64,000 bases of DNA from Amoebidium appalachense (lineage: Eukaryota; Protista; Ichthyosporea): assembly GCA_963693365.1 (NCBI GenBank), contig CAVNZM010000009.1:8103408-8167407 (forward strand), read 5' to 3'. Both the position numbers and the translations under genes were made by a program. Of this stretch, positions 1-48,004 are shown piece after piece. Each line of letters starts with the position of its first letter. Position 1 is the first letter of the stretch. The notes below the pieces were generated by a model that had not been told where the DNA came from, made no database searches, and saw nothing but the letters and a program-made list of their open reading frames with translations.

Positions 1-184
1 CAGACCCAGACCCAGACCGAACATCCACACTTTCACACACACGCACACACACGCACACACACGCACACACACGCACACACACGCACACACACACACACAC
101 ATACTCGGTCTCTCTCTCTCTATCTCTCTCTCTCACCAAGTCGCTCACGCACATGCACATGTGTAACACATGTGCACACTCAGG

Positions 185-226
185 CACACACACATGCACA
201 CGCACATAAACACAACATACACACAA

Positions 227-279
<53 letters not shown>

Positions 280-336
280 CCTTGCAGGTGGTAGCACACA
301 CACATGCACACGCACATAAACACAACATACACACAA

Positions 337-421
<85 letters not shown>

Positions 422-436
422 CCTTGCAGGTGGTAG
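185..436 (+). repeat. Tandem duplication including a putative splice acceptor
   Basis: Unit cacatgcacacgcacataaacacaacatacacacaat(ca)n-cggaccttgcaggtggtag occurs at ~185-294 and ~295-436. Confidence 0.85.
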
Positions 437-582
437 TTGATGACATCCATGAGCGACCTGCGGAAAGTTTGTTAGAGCCAGAACACTTTACAGTCGACAA
501 TGACTTCATTTATTACTATCCTTATTATTTATTATTATTATCAAAACTAATACTACTAGTTTTACTATCATCACTATTATAG
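430..582 (+). CDS. Possible terminal exon of a gene starting upstream of the window
   Basis: Acceptor-like ttgcag after (CA)n, then open frame VVVDDIHERPAESLLEPEHFTVDNDFI... to TAG at 580-582. No recognisable family, and the frame cannot be confirmed. Confidence 0.3.
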   Translation: MVVDDIHERPAESLLEPEHFTVDNDFIYYYPYYLLLLSKLILLVLLSSLL

Positions 583-1255
583 CTACTAGCATCATCATTA
601 ACATTAACTTGTAGAGGTCTATAAAGTTTAATAGTACGTGAACAGGGATTTAGCTATTCTTAGGTGGCCTCGGGAGAGGCCTGGGGGCTAACAGCACTTT
701 CGTTCTACTTTCAGCCAAACTGCAAACACACGAAGCAATAAATACCCCCCCCCCCCCCCCCCCCCCTTTTTTTTTTTTTTTAACCCACAATCAATGTTTC
801 CTCTTGTCCAACAGAGAAATCCTCGCATCCTTGCTATTTCCATGCAGCTTCCTGCCGTCAGCCTTAGAAGATAGCCAAAAAAAGAAAAAATAGTAACGAT
901 TTGATTGGAGTTTGAAGTGGTAAAGCATGAAATGGTCCAACCTCAGCAAGGGTAAGCAGGGGAGGGAAAGGGCGCACGGGTGGGGGGAGGGGGGGGAGGG
1001 GGGGGTCTTTTCATGGACAAATTCAGTTAGGAAGCCTTGAACCACGAGAGGAAGGGGAGGGGTATGGGGGATGTGGTGTGTGTGTGTGGGTTTTGGGGGA
1101 GAGGGGGTGGGGAGGGGGATGAAGAGAACACATACCCCCGGACATACTGTGTGCCAGGTTCGAGCTGGGGACCCGGATGTGCCCCATTCTCTGTTAAAGA
1201 AATTTGTCAGTGCTATGAGCTACGGTCCCAGAATTTTTTTTTGTTTTATCACGCT

Positions 1256-26868
<25,613 letters not shown>

Positions 26869-28320
26869 GGTGCCAAAGAATAAAGACTCCACAAAGCGAA
26901 ACAGATGTTACTTCAGATGGGTAGATCTGTCTAGTTGGGATGGTTTATTTCCACAAAACCGCTTGCGAGACAAAACTACGCTATGGCACGAGTAAATCAA
27001 GGACAGGCGCGACTCACACGACAGGCACGACTCACACGAATGGCACCCATAATGAAGACCCGCCCCCCCCCCCCCCCCAAAAGGGGGTTCTAGTGGATGG
27101 TGGTTGAACTGGTAAGTGGTGTCGAGCAGTAAAAAAACTAGAACTTCACACCGATTGCCAGTAGATGTACCTAACAACAAAACCCAAACTGCACATCAAT
27201 TTTTTTCTCTCCAGCATATGAAGAAAGAAGAAAAAAGCATTGTTAACCCAGCATCTAACAGCATGTATAAATATTGTAGTTCGTGTTTTCGCCTAACATG
27301 TCCAGAATAGGCACTACCACAGAAATGATCTTCCCATTTGTCAAAAAAAAAGAAGAAGAAGAAGAAGAACGAAACAGCAACAAAACACACAGGACTGCCA
27401 CAGAGCCTGTGTAATAGAAGGCCATTTTTTCCAACTGTTGTCTTTATTTTTTCCTGTCAGCACCTTCGAATTCACTTGTCCTAGGCTGAGCTCGAGAAGA
27501 ACACACGTGACACGAAACGAATCTCTCCCAAGGCCTTGCCCAGGACTAAGCCTTTCGCGCCAAATAGTCTAAGGGCGCTGACGTCATGAGCCGGCTATTT
27601 TGAGTCGATTGTGAGAGTAAACTCCTAACTGGAGTTAGCATCGTGACAGCGATCTTGGCACTTGCTCGCTTGTTGGGTCACCCGGTGGGAGGTGGGGGTG
27701 GGGAAGCTGGGTGGGGAGGGAAAGGGAAAAGAAGGTTACATAGTGCTGACACGTACTGACGGTGCCACGCGCCATCTCTGAGCTATCGACGGCGGCCCTT
27801 CCTTCTTCGCAGCCCGCGCGGTCTTTTTCCTTCGCAGCCTTCCTTCTTCGAATTCGCAGCAGTCATTTCGCATACACAGATAAGCAATGACATTACTAGC
27901 GAGACATTTCTGCTGAGGTAGGAAGGAAAATAAGGCACCACCTCAGTAGGTGGTAGTACATAGTGCGTGCGTCATCCAACTCTTAGTGAGGATTTTCGGG
28001 TTAAGAGTAAACTTGACCATGGATTATGTAGGTATAGCTATTGATCTCGACTCCACGTGAGTACCATATATTGTAAGAGAAATAAAGTCAGCCGAGCTTG
28101 AGAAAGCCCCTGATGCTTAAGGTTGCATATGATCTGCTTAAGGTTGCATCATATGCATGAGCTAGGCTAAGCACGTGAACAGGTATGTTCAGAGACAGGA
28201 GGTGTTTTTAGAGAGCTGTGTAGGCTATCGGTGCCATGAACTGCCGGGTGTGTACAACTGTGACAGCATGTGCCTGTGCACCTGCATACGTAGATGCGAT
28301 GTGTGATCTTGACCAACTAC

Positions 28321-28357
<37 letters not shown>

Positions 28358-28623
28358 CCCCGCCTCTCTTCCTGTAGTGCGTAAAACATCAGGCCTGGGG
28401 TAAATAAACAACAAAACACTGACACACAAAAAAAGCCGTTAGAACAAACCCTAAATTGCTGAAGTTTATAAACTTGTATAGGGTTATCAAACCGAGGTTA
28501 GACAACTTCTCAATTCTTACTACTTCACATCTACCACAGTGTCATTTCACAAACCACACGTTCGATTCCATAAGTCACGAGCGGAAGGATTTTTAGCACA
28601 GCATTTGCCTGCTTTGGAACAAA

Positions 28624-29818
28624 CTACATATCCATATACTCGTACATTTCTTGCAAAGTTTCATCTAGTTGTGCCCAGGCCATTTCGACCTCGAGGTTAT
28701 CCGTTACTTCCTGCATGTTTTCAACCGTACTCTCTACCTTTGCAAGTTGCGCTTTAGCCACCGTATTCAACCGCTGAATTCTTTTCATGTTCTGATTCTG
28801 TTCATGCTCCGGTACGACAGCATCCGCGCCTGCGCTATGCTCTCCCCGCTCATTCCCACTTCCGAGGACCGAAGCTATTTTCACTTGCTCCATACCCATC
28901 TTTAACCTCTTTACTTCCGTTGTTCTTACCACCACGGGGGTTAAAGGAGGGGGTATTGCCGTAAGCGCCTTAAAGCATTCCTCAAAAGTTTGTGTGACCT
29001 GTGGGTTGGCCAGCTGCTCCGGTTTAGCAACACTAGCCATCAGCGCAGTTCGTGGGGTGGGTGGAACGACAAAAACCTCTCTGTTTCTCCTCTGCCGGGC
29101 TCTTATTTCGTCCCTGCGATGTCTCTCTTCCTCGTCATCCGGTTCTGGTACAGCTGAGTTGGTTTCTGTTTTGTTACGTTTGAGTGCCGCCTTGATTAGA
29201 CCTACAGGCATGATTTTCCCGGACGTCTTACTCCTGTGGGGTCTCTTGCTCGCACGCTCGTTCTTTGCGTTGTCGCCGTTGATCGATGTATTGTGTAATT
29301 GGCTATCTACACTGTGGTTCCCGTTTACATCTCCCTCGCCTGTACACTGTGATTTTTCTCCTGTCCTTCTGTTCATTTTCACCCCTCGATGCCCTTGCTT
29401 TGAGAAAAATAAATGGCAGTGATGTATGGGAGATGCCGGAGGCATCTACCTCTCCCCGGTCAGGCACAAACCAACTCTTGCATCGTTGTAACGTCCTTGA
29501 AGCTACGCTACGTGTGGAACGTTGGCTCAGGGTCGCGGGGTCAACCTCCTTCTCACTACCCGTGTGCAGGTCCGACTGACTCTTCGTTTTGCGTAAAAGA
29601 AGAAGGACACCTCGTCCTCCATCTCTACGCTTTCGCTCCCTTGCCCCTGCCTTATTCGAAGGTTGGTCATCTTTTGGAACCCCGGATACTTCTTGTGAAG
29701 GTGCGGTTTGAGGAGGGAAAACAAGGTCCTCTATAGCTGCCTTTGTGCTTCTGTTACCGCTTTCATTGCTTGTGTCTGTGTGCGCATGTGGGGCCACCTC
29801 TGCTACCGCCTGCCCCAT
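28624..29818 (-). CDS. Hypothetical protein of ~380 aa; largely disordered and basic, with a C-terminal coiled-coil-like segment
   Basis: ORFs 29303..29818 and 28624..29445 join in phase 0 through a 52-nt GT-AG intron at 29449-29398 (DRGE|QGHRG). An in-frame stop lies just upstream of the ATG. The sequence is repeat-free and coding-like. Confidence 0.75.
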
Positions 29819-30181
29819 CTTATATTTTGTTTATATCGAACTACAGAGAGGGAAGAATGAGGGAACACAAAGTAAAACGAACACAGTAGGAAGCTTCACT
29901 CGTCACAAATCTTGAAACTGAGGAAGCTGTTAGAAAAATTAGGTAGTGCTCTTTGTTTTGTGACAGGAAAGCGCCTGGCCAGATATTGGCAAGACCTCCT
30001 GCTCTGACGGGCCTGGAAACGGAGGAGTGCAGATCGGAATGCAGAAATGGAACCGGCTGGGTAAGACTAAGATTCGATCATAGTATTGAATCCAAGTCGC
30101 CAGATTGTAGTCAACTCAGCGCTGTGAAAGAAACATCGCTATACAAGTATACAAGTCACAACGATTATATTTTCATAATAT

Positions 30182-30228
<47 letters not shown>

Positions 30229-30318
30229 AACACACCGATTGACCGTGGAGCTGGTGTAGTTACATACATGTGCCTTTCGGGGGTTTCAGAAAAGATGGTG
30301 AACCGTTGTTGCCAAGGG

Positions 30319-30353
<35 letters not shown>

Positions 30354-31311
30354 GGGGGGAAGGAGAGGGGAGGGGCACTGGCGCACACAGTCTCACGTGT
30401 ATATACACATACAAACACGTATGTCCATGCTCTCACTCTGGAACTCTAGAAGAGGCAGGGGAGAGACAGATCACAGCCCGTGGCATGCGCACCGTAAGTT
30501 ACATAAACACTCGGGCACCAAGTGACAGCACAGGCCACATGCTACTTTGCACGCACGCAACCAAAACACTGGGGCACACAAGTCACACGCCCACTGTGAC
30601 TCGCAGCACACGCGTGCACGTGCACGCACACCGCCTGACACGCGCGCGCGCGCGCACAAGCACACACACACACGCGCGCACAAAGAGCGCCATGGAGCAA
30701 CCTAAAACACAAGAACTTTTTCCGCACGACTATTGTATAACTATGTTGAAGAGAAGAAGCTGTGAAGAGGTGCGCACCTACAAGCACTTACACAACACCA
30801 ACGACACGCAACCATCACCGTCGGCACACACTAATACAGCTTACATACCACACGTTGGGAGGGTGATGAGTATGCACCCAGTGCCTGCCGCCCACACACC
30901 CACAGCAAGCACAAACATACACGCTCACACAGACACAGAGACACACGCACATACACACACACTGAGCATGCGGAAGCTTCCTTAGAGAGAGACATAAACG
31001 TTGTTCGGCACAAGTACTTACCGTTCGGAAGGACTTGGTGGGGGAGGGAGGAGGGAGTGAGGGAGAGGCGAATATTCTTGAGTATTGATTAGAGCCGGCG
31101 AAGAGGGACAACTCGCGGCCATTGATGACCGGGAGATTGGCGACCAGCACAGTTAGCTATAGAAATTGAGGACAAAAGGGGGATATAGAAGGGGGGGGGG
31201 GGGGGCTTTTCAAGGAGGCGGTGGATGGGGGAGGTGAGGGGAGGGGGTATGCCGGCGGGGGGGGGGGGGGGGGGGGCGCCCTCGCTGCACGTTGAAAGGG
31301 CCCTTTTTGGC

Positions 31312-31321
31312 GTATATATAA
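31312..31321. promoter_or_regulatory. TATA-like element, possibly the promoter of the 28624-29818 gene
   Basis: gtatatataa; a minus-strand donor (cttac at 31017-31021) and acceptor (~29841) suggest 5'UTR exons between it and the ATG. Confidence 0.3.
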
Positions 31322-33013
31322 CCCGACACCAACTTTGCACAGGTCTGCTCAGAAGCTCCTTCGGATTTTGTAAATGGGCACGTGGGCATTTCTTGCACGA
31401 GGCTCACAGTTGCAGGCATGGTTGGATCGCCTAGCCGCAGACACTACTCTTATGAGGCAACTATGTGACACATTTTCAAAGCTATAGTATTGCTGAAACG
31501 CGTTAGATATTCAACGTTGTTACACCAGTTTGTCCTAAGCATTGTAACAAGGGCCCGCCACTCGACCAAAGTCTTGCAACAAGGTAAAGGGGAGAAAACG
31601 TAAACAACCGCTCAGCTACGAACTACGCGATTGGTCAATTTGCCCGCCAAAACCAAGTTGTTACTATTTTCGGAACAGGCTTCTCATTTTTGATGCTATT
31701 TTCGGAACAGGCTGGAATCGGCGATCATTTCGGGTCAGGCTGGAGTAAGCCTGACCCGGGATTCAGCCTCAGATCGTGACGCATCCGTTTCCAGGCCCGT
31801 CATAGTAGGAGGCCTTGGATATGCGGCCGGCTTTGCTGCGCTTGGGAGTCACGGAGGCGACCTCGAAGCAATAAACCCTCGATTGTAATACATCGAGCGG
31901 TATAACAACGAGGTTCAGTCGATTTGAAGAAATACAGCGGCTTGCGTGCGTAACCCATACGGAGAGGGAGAGTGAGATTCGCCGTATATATTTCCTCTAT
32001 TTTATGTTAACTATATGAAAATTACTGAGCTTTTTGTAGGTTCATGATCATGTGGCTCCACTAATTCACCAACATAGATCCCCAGAGATGCTCCAAAAGA
32101 AACTGTACAGTTTCGAGTTGAGATATGACGTCCTCTGGATCTATAACGGACAATAGTGATTGGCTGTTTTTAATGATTGCGTTCCTCATGAGGCAGTGCA
32201 CATTCCTATACTTTGGGAGCTTTGAAGCCAAGAAAAATGACCGAAAGCTTGTTTCGTAGCCTGATTTGTGTAACTCAAAATTTAGCACAAATAAACCTAT
32301 ATTAATTAGAATTTTTTTTTCTCTGCTTTAGTAGTCTGAATATATAAAAAACTATGGTAGAGCCACCGGTAGCTACGTAGGGCATGCACAATGAGGCTCG
32401 TCAGTGAGCCGCTGCCGCGCTCATGCAATCGATAAAATCTACTCGGGGGTTTTTCACGAGTATTCGAGTCGAGCCAAGCTACAAAAAGGCCCTTGACGCT
32501 ACAAGAAAAACACAATTTCCTGAATATTAGAGTACATACACAAATATTCCCAAAAAAAAACCTTCAATATAGGTCAAAGCAATTAGCACGGAAATTTTGG
32601 CAGCAACCGTTCAAGGGTGAAGAGCCCCCAACTCTCCTTTGAAGCCTCGCGTTTTTTTGTGGAATGTTATGACTCGCCAGGCATGTACATGACTACATGT
32701 CGGCGGGCCGGGGCCCGGGCCGCCGGGGGGCCGGCCTGGCATGCAGGTGAATGCCAGTGGCCGGCCGTCTGACGGTCCGGCGGTGTGTGTGTGTGTGTGT
32801 CAGTGTGCGTGTGCGTGCGTTAGTAAGGTGTAAAGTGTTGCGTGTGTCTGCACGTGTGCGCGTGTGCGCATGCGTGCGTGTGTGTTTGCACATATGTGCC
32901 ACTTGCGTGCCTGTCACACGTGTGTACATGTGGTGAGTGCATCTACCCTCCCCCTCCCCCCCCCCCCCCCCCCCCCCGGCCCCCCCCCCCCAAACCCTCC
33001 CCCCTTCTCTCTG

Positions 33014-33044
<31 letters not shown>

Positions 33045-33392
33045 TTGCGTGGCGCGCGTGTGTATGCGCGTGCTGGTGTGTTGCAGTTGTGTGCGAGATA
33101 GTGTGTTGGTGGAATCGTGGACCGAACTCACTACCGACACTTCACTTAGCCGACATGATCATCATCAGGGCCTGTGGCTCCAGAGCATTTTCTTTTATGA
33201 TACCAGGCTCCAGAGCATTTTCTTTATGATACCATCATCGGCGCACTGCACTGATGTCGGTGCAAAAAGAAGGACCAAAAAAAAAGAAAGTGGTAAAGTA
33301 CTGGTTGAACGGTGATGCGGTGTCAGTCACTATCATTGCGGGCTAGAGTTTACTGGTGTGCGTGCCCGTGAGTCTCGTGTGTGTGAGTGTGT

Positions 33393-33476
<84 letters not shown>

Positions 33477-34091
33477 TCGTGTGTGTGTGCGTGCATGCGT
33501 GCGTGTGTGTGTGTACATGTGTACGGTGTGCGTGTGTGTGTGTGTGTGTGCGTGTGTGCGTGGCCCGAGTGGGTGCACGTGGCCTTGGTGAGTGTACACG
33601 TGTGTGTGCAGGTATGTTTGTGATGCTTGAAGAGATTTTCATGACAGGAGTTCGGCACCTCAGGAAACTTTCTTCAATCGCACACTTAGAGCACCAGGCA
33701 GTGAGAGTTGCAGAGACTTGCTCGACGCAAAAAACGGGCACTCTTCATATACCACCAACGGTTATAAGAACTCACAAACTGTCGGACGTGCGGCACGTGC
33801 CGGTGCACACGACGGTGCAGTCTGCACCAGTTTCACCAGATGTAGCAAGTGCCTGAAAACGTACCTCTATTGTGAGTTTTCGGCTTCTTCGCATCTTTCA
33901 CCTATTAGAAGGACTGACTACCATAGATATCCTATATCATCTGAGCATTACTACGGCGTGTAAATACCCCCTAAGAATCCTCACCCTCCCTGAGGCTCTT
34001 CCCCACCCAACTCCCTCCCTCCGTTTCTTCCTCTCTCCATCCCCCACTCAGAGCCCCCCCCCCCCCCCTCCCCCCCTCCCCCCGGCGCATC

Positions 34092-34125
<34 letters not shown>

Positions 34126-34479
34126 CCCCCGGCCCAGCTCTTTCTCCCTCAAAGTCTCTCTCTCTCTCGTATTCTCACTCACTCACTCAGTGTGTCTCTA
34201 CCTCCGTCACACACACACTCTCTCTCACTCCCCTCCCTGAGCCTCCACCATCTCTCTCGCTCACTCCCAACCTTTATCTCTCTCCCTCTGCCCCCCCTCC
34301 CCTTCTCCCGCCCTCCCTCTCATCTCTCGTCCAGCCTTCTCACCCCTCCTTCTTAGTTCCTTCCTGTTAAATTATCCTCCCTCCCGAAGTTGCTCACCGC
34401 CATTACCTCCCTCTCGTTCTCTGTCTCCTATACCACACTCACTGAGTTCAATCCCCTTCACCACCTCCTTAATTCTCTC

Positions 34480-34489
34480 TTTCTCTCCC

Positions 34490-34545
<56 letters not shown>

Positions 34546-34569
34546 CCCCCCCCCCCCCCTCTTTCTCAT

Positions 34570-34639
<70 letters not shown>

Positions 34640-34749
34640 CCTATCTCCCTCCATCTTTCCCTCCCTCTCCCTCCCGGAGGCTCTCTCTTTCTCCCTTTCT
34701 CTCTCTCCCTCTCCCTCTCCCCCTCTCTCTTTCTCTCTCTTCTGTCTTT

Positions 34750-34800
<51 letters not shown>

Positions 34801-34979
34801 CCCCCCCCCCCCCTCTCCCTCTCTCTCTCCCTCTCCCTCTCCCTCTCTCTCTCCCTCTCTTTCTCTCTCTCTCTCTCCCTCTCTCCTTCAGAGTCTGCCT
34901 CTCTCTATACATCTATCTCTCCCTCCTCCCACCCTCCCTCTCTCCTCTCTTTCTCCCTATCTCTATCTTTCTCTCTGTA

Positions 34980-35022
<43 letters not shown>
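34480..35022. repeat. (CT)n/polypyrimidine compound microsatellite
   Basis: Direct observation. Confidence 0.9.
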
Positions 35023-35023
<1 letters not shown>

Positions 35024-35534
35024 CCCGCGCGTGCGTGCATGCGTGTGTGCGTGTGTCCGAACACATCACAATGATATCAGTTCCCGCTCGCTGCTATTTC
35101 GTGTGTGTGCGACGGTGACTGGTTGGGCCTAAAGAGGCTTCTGCTAAGTTTGCGTGCGTGCATCACGGTGGTTCTCACGGCCGGGGAGGCCGGGCGCCGG
35201 CGGAGAGGTGGTGGTGGTGGTGGCGGTGGTGGTGGTGGGTCTGGTTGTGGTTGGGGGCGGTGAGGGGGGGGATAGGGGGGGGGGGGGGGGGGGAGGGGGG
35301 GGGAGGAGGACTGTGGGGGGGGAGACGGAGGAGGAGGAGGAGGGGGTGGGTTCTACTCATCTTAAACTTTCAAGTTGTGTTTTTGGTTTTTACGGTGGTG
35401 ATGCCTGTTGTTTAATTGCTGGATGTGACATCGTTGGTTGGAGAGGCCAAGGTGACGTTGCTACGGGCCATGAAGGCTTGAGTAGTACTGTACTACGGCA
35501 GGCCTCGGGAAGGCAAAAACGGAAAAACAAATAA

Positions 35535-35622
35535 AAACGGCGCCAAGTTTGCGCAAACCTAATTTATTGTTAGCCAATCGCCGACCTTAACAGTTCCCGC
35601 CAAATCTAATACACCAATCAAA
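35535..35622 (+). promoter_or_regulatory. CCAAT boxes and E2F-like motif upstream of CRY-DASH
   Basis: agccaatcg (~35572), accaatca (~35613) and aaaacggcgccaag (~35534) in repeat-free sequence ~350 bp before the ATG. Short motifs may occur by chance. Confidence 0.3.
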
Positions 35623-35948
35623 TGCAACGCAGGCGGATTCCATGTCAATGCATGAGCAGCATGACCACAAAATGCAGCTGCCGGGCTATTTTGAGGCATC
35701 TGCACAGAAGCTCTGCACAGCTCGTTCACTGAGCAATTCGTGAAGTTCTCTCGCTCCATCGCTTACCGTTCCTAGTTCAAGTTTTCTAATGTCAATGCGT
35801 TCACCACCTAGCATACCATATATCTCACAGCAGTAGCACATAGTGAACAGTGTCGGGACTAATGCTCTCTGTGGGGAACGCTGTGTGGCTGCGCTTTCCG
35901 GTTCGACCAACTTTGTTTTCGGCACAGCGACTGTACCACCAATTGAAG

Positions 35949-44256
<8,308 letters not shown>

Positions 44257-44995
44257 CGCTAGATGTGATTGAGCAAGTGTTTTGGCTTTTGTTGTGTCTA
44301 TTTAGAAGGACCTGTTCTCTTTTGCTGACTTTCTTCCTTTCTTCCTTTCTTCATTTCTTTCTTTCTTTCTTTCTTTTTTTTTTTTGTTTTTTCGTGGTTG
44401 TCTTTTTAACTGGAAAAACGGTAAAGATATCTTTTACCTAAACGTATTTTTTTCGATTAGAATGCATTGAGATCGATCTGACCCGTTTGGCTTTGAAGCT
44501 ACGGTCTTATTAGTTGGTCTTTCTTCAGCCCCCCCCCCCCCCCCCCCCCCCTCCCCCCCTCACTTTCTTCAGCCCTCCTCCCCTCCCCCCCCCCCCCCCC
44601 CCCCCCCGTCCCCACCTTTTCCCTGTTCTCCTATTACTCGCTCACTTGAGTGTTGCCTTGTATCTAAATTTGTGGCTTCTGATGTATATTGTCATTTCAG
44701 ACTCGATCCGTATTCGGATGAGTTAGGGAGCTGTATATGAAGGAGATATTGATGTATGACACACAATTGACCTTTTTTTGGTTGCAATTTACTGCCCAGA
44801 TTTTGACACAGTTCTTTTTGAAGCCTACAGCCAGATTTGCAGTAGACAGATAGCAAATGGATTCACATGTATGAATGCATGTATTGCATTTTTGGAGCAA
44901 ATAGTATGTATGTGATTGAAAGTATCAGAATGAAGGCTGCTGCTCCAAGTACACAAGTGACCAGAGTCTAACAAGACGTCATGTTTCTGTCATTC

Positions 44996-45031
<36 letters not shown>

Positions 45032-45638
45032 GCCCCCACACACACACCTTCCCACAAACCATCTTCCAACAGAGTCCAACACAATCACACGAACACATTT
45101 ATCACAAACCCCACTTTCCGGCCCACACGAATAGGTGCGTGCACACACATGCACGGGCGCACACGCACATACGAAGACAAACACGTACACACGCAATACC
45201 ACGTGCATGCACACAAACATTGTTCGTAGACACGCCCTAACTCTGCTACAATGATGATGACAATTGGAAAAGGAATCCCCCTCCCCCCTTACCCCCCCCC
45301 GCCCCCCCCCCCCCCGCCCCCTCCCCCGCCCCCACCCGCCCCACACACACACACCACCCCACCACCACGTGCACGACCACCACCACTGACACCGGCGGCT
45401 GACCGGCCCCCGGGCCCCAACACACACACACACACCCATGTACACACACAAACCCATCCACCCAGGTCCACATTGAATCCCCCCAGCGTGAACAAGCGTG
45501 TTTTGTGGAGGAAAAGGCACAAACCAGAACTCCAACGGGGCATTCGATGTATCCGTATGCTCGCACACACGTGACCCAGCCAGTATTTACCAAATATAGG
45601 TACCTACCGTTATGCACCACATGAGGGGGCGGTGGGGT

Positions 45639-45680
<42 letters not shown>

Positions 45681-45764
45681 GCAGGTTCGGAATCAAGTGA
45701 TACGACCGGTGCTGCATGCTAATCACGCGGCCGGTCACAGTCGATAAAATCACGGGCACAGATC

Positions 45765-45890
45765 GGGTTTTTTGCATATACGGAGTGCCCTTTTTTGTTA
45801 GCGCCATTCTGGTTTTCCATATATGGAGTGCCCTTTTTCGGGCAGCGCCCGAAGTTTTTCTATATGTGGAATGGCCTTTTGGGCTGCGAA
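45765..45890. repeat. Three degenerate direct repeats, period ~43 bp, intergenic
   Basis: ggttttt(g)catatacggagtgcccttttt / ggttttccatatatggagtgcccttttt / gtttttctatatgtggaatggcctttt. Confidence 0.75.
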
Positions 45891-46532
45891 ATTTGGTCAT
45901 TCCAAATATCGAGTGCCATGGCAAGTTACGCTAGCATAGGAGAAATCGACAACGGCATTAAGGCACGGGTTGAACACAAACCTGCTTTTTTTTTTTTTTT
46001 TTTTTTTTTTTCCCCTTTTCCCATCCCCTTTTTATTTTTTATTTTTTATTTTTTTGATTCAGAACGTCATGGCACAGCCACAACCAGTAACAGCGCAAGC
46101 ACATCGGAAATGTATGAGCATTTTTCTGGGTTTGATGGGCACTTTTACGGTACAATGGATGGCAGTCAGTACTATAAAGTGTTAATATATCATTGTAATA
46201 ACCTTTTGCTGTTTTGGCTCATACTAAACCTGTATATTCACCCGCACACGGTATTTGTATCTTCAAAGCTATGTACTGCCCCGGGCTTCACGCAAAGGTG
46301 TTTTCTATAGGCGGCTATCGATTTGATGTCGAGTAAATCATATGATAGTGAGTTACATACCATACGGTAATTTTCTAAAAATGGGAGAGTATAGTTCCAT
46401 GCAGGTGCACTTGACATGCGCAATCACATACAAACTCTGCTGAGTTAAATACATAAACACCTACACGCATACATTTCAAACATACATACATCAGACACAC
46501 CACCATTTTTTTTTGAAAACTCATCAAATTAC

Positions 46533-47268
46533 CTACACCCTCTCACCCAGCAAACTCTTCACCACATCAAAAGTCCCACACATCTTAGCAATCGTCGTCA
46601 AATCCCTACCCCACCCATCGACCTGATCGACTGCAGCCCTGTGATCGATTAGCAGTTTTGCGATTGAAATTTGGCCGTGCGCAACCGCAACCTGCAGGGG
46701 GCTCTGGCAGAGTCGTTTCTGGGTGTGCCCTTGCATGTCCTCTCGGTCTGGCCCTGCAACGGAGTTTGTAGACGTGTGATAGGCCTGTGTGGAGAGAAAG
46801 GGGAGGTGAGCAAAAAAAACATCAAAATTTTTGTGCACAAGAGAAGGAGGGGGAGGGGGGGGGGGGGGGGGGGGGGGGGGGAGGTTTTGTGACAATAATA
46901 GACGTGGGTGGGTTATGGCCCGGGGAGGGGGAGGGGGAGGGAGGGAGGCGGGGCGGGGGGAGGGGGGGGGGGGGGGAGATATAATGTGAGCATCGGTAGT
47001 GGTGAGAAATCCAAAGGAAATGGTTGGCGGGTTTGATGCCCCCAATGTCATAGAGTGTGTTCGGAGATGTATGTACGCGCGTGCGCGCGCGCGCGCGTGT
47101 GTGTGCTTCCCCCCATTTTTTGGTGTTTGGGCCGGGTGGGAGAGAGGGGGGGGAGGGGGGGGGAGGGGGGGGGGGGGGGGGGGGGAGGTATCACAGAGGC
47201 AGAGGGAGAAAGAGCATGAGGGCAGGAGAAATCGGTGGCATTATAAACCTAATCTTGGTGGTGAGGGT

Positions 47269-47306
<38 letters not shown>

Positions 47307-47695
47307 GGGGTGGAGGGGAGCTGGTGGAGGGAAGGCGCCGGGGGGGGGGGGGGGGGGAAGGGAGGGAGGGAGGGAGGGAGGTGACTCAGAGGGTATTTCC
47401 CCCCCAACCATACCTGGAATTCCACATCCGCGCCACTTTCCAGCAAATACTTGACCAATGGTGCATCCCCATTAATCACAGCATACCACAGCGGCGTCTC
47501 ACCATATATGGTAGGTGCATTGACGTCACACCCCCCTGCAAGCAGTACTTGTACAGTGTGCATGAGGTCTGGGTGTCCCTTTCCCGCCTTAACGGCCTTA
47601 AGAAGGGAGGTTTGGCCGTTGGCTCCTACGGACATGGGGTTGGCGTTGGCTCGGAGGAGAGTTTCGACCCTGTGTGGGTCACAGCGCATGGCACT

Positions 47696-47726
<31 letters not shown>

Positions 47727-47971
47727 GGGGGGGGGAGGAAGGGGGAGGGGGGAGGTGGGGGGGGGGGGGGGGGGGGGAGCAAGGGGCGGGGGGGGGGGGG
47801 GGGGGGGAGGGGAGGGAAGGGAAGAGGGGGGAGGGGGGAGGGGGGATGTGTGGATGGGTGGGTGGGTGGGTGGGTGGGAAAAGGGCTGGAAGGTAATGGG
47901 GATGTGGAGTTAGAGAATGCGCTAGAAAGTGGGTGCTAACGTTATGTGTCGATCATTTGTTGCTGTTTTTT

Positions 47972-48004
<33 letters not shown>

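Noticed and set aside
32061-33960. Short non-repetitive ORFs (32061-32288, 33612-33856)
   Set aside because: I could not link them into a phase-consistent gene or recognise any domain, including transposase motifs.
45765-45890. CRISPR-like repeat/spacer array
   Set aside because: Only three degenerate units with ~13-nt related linkers, in a eukaryotic context with no cas genes.
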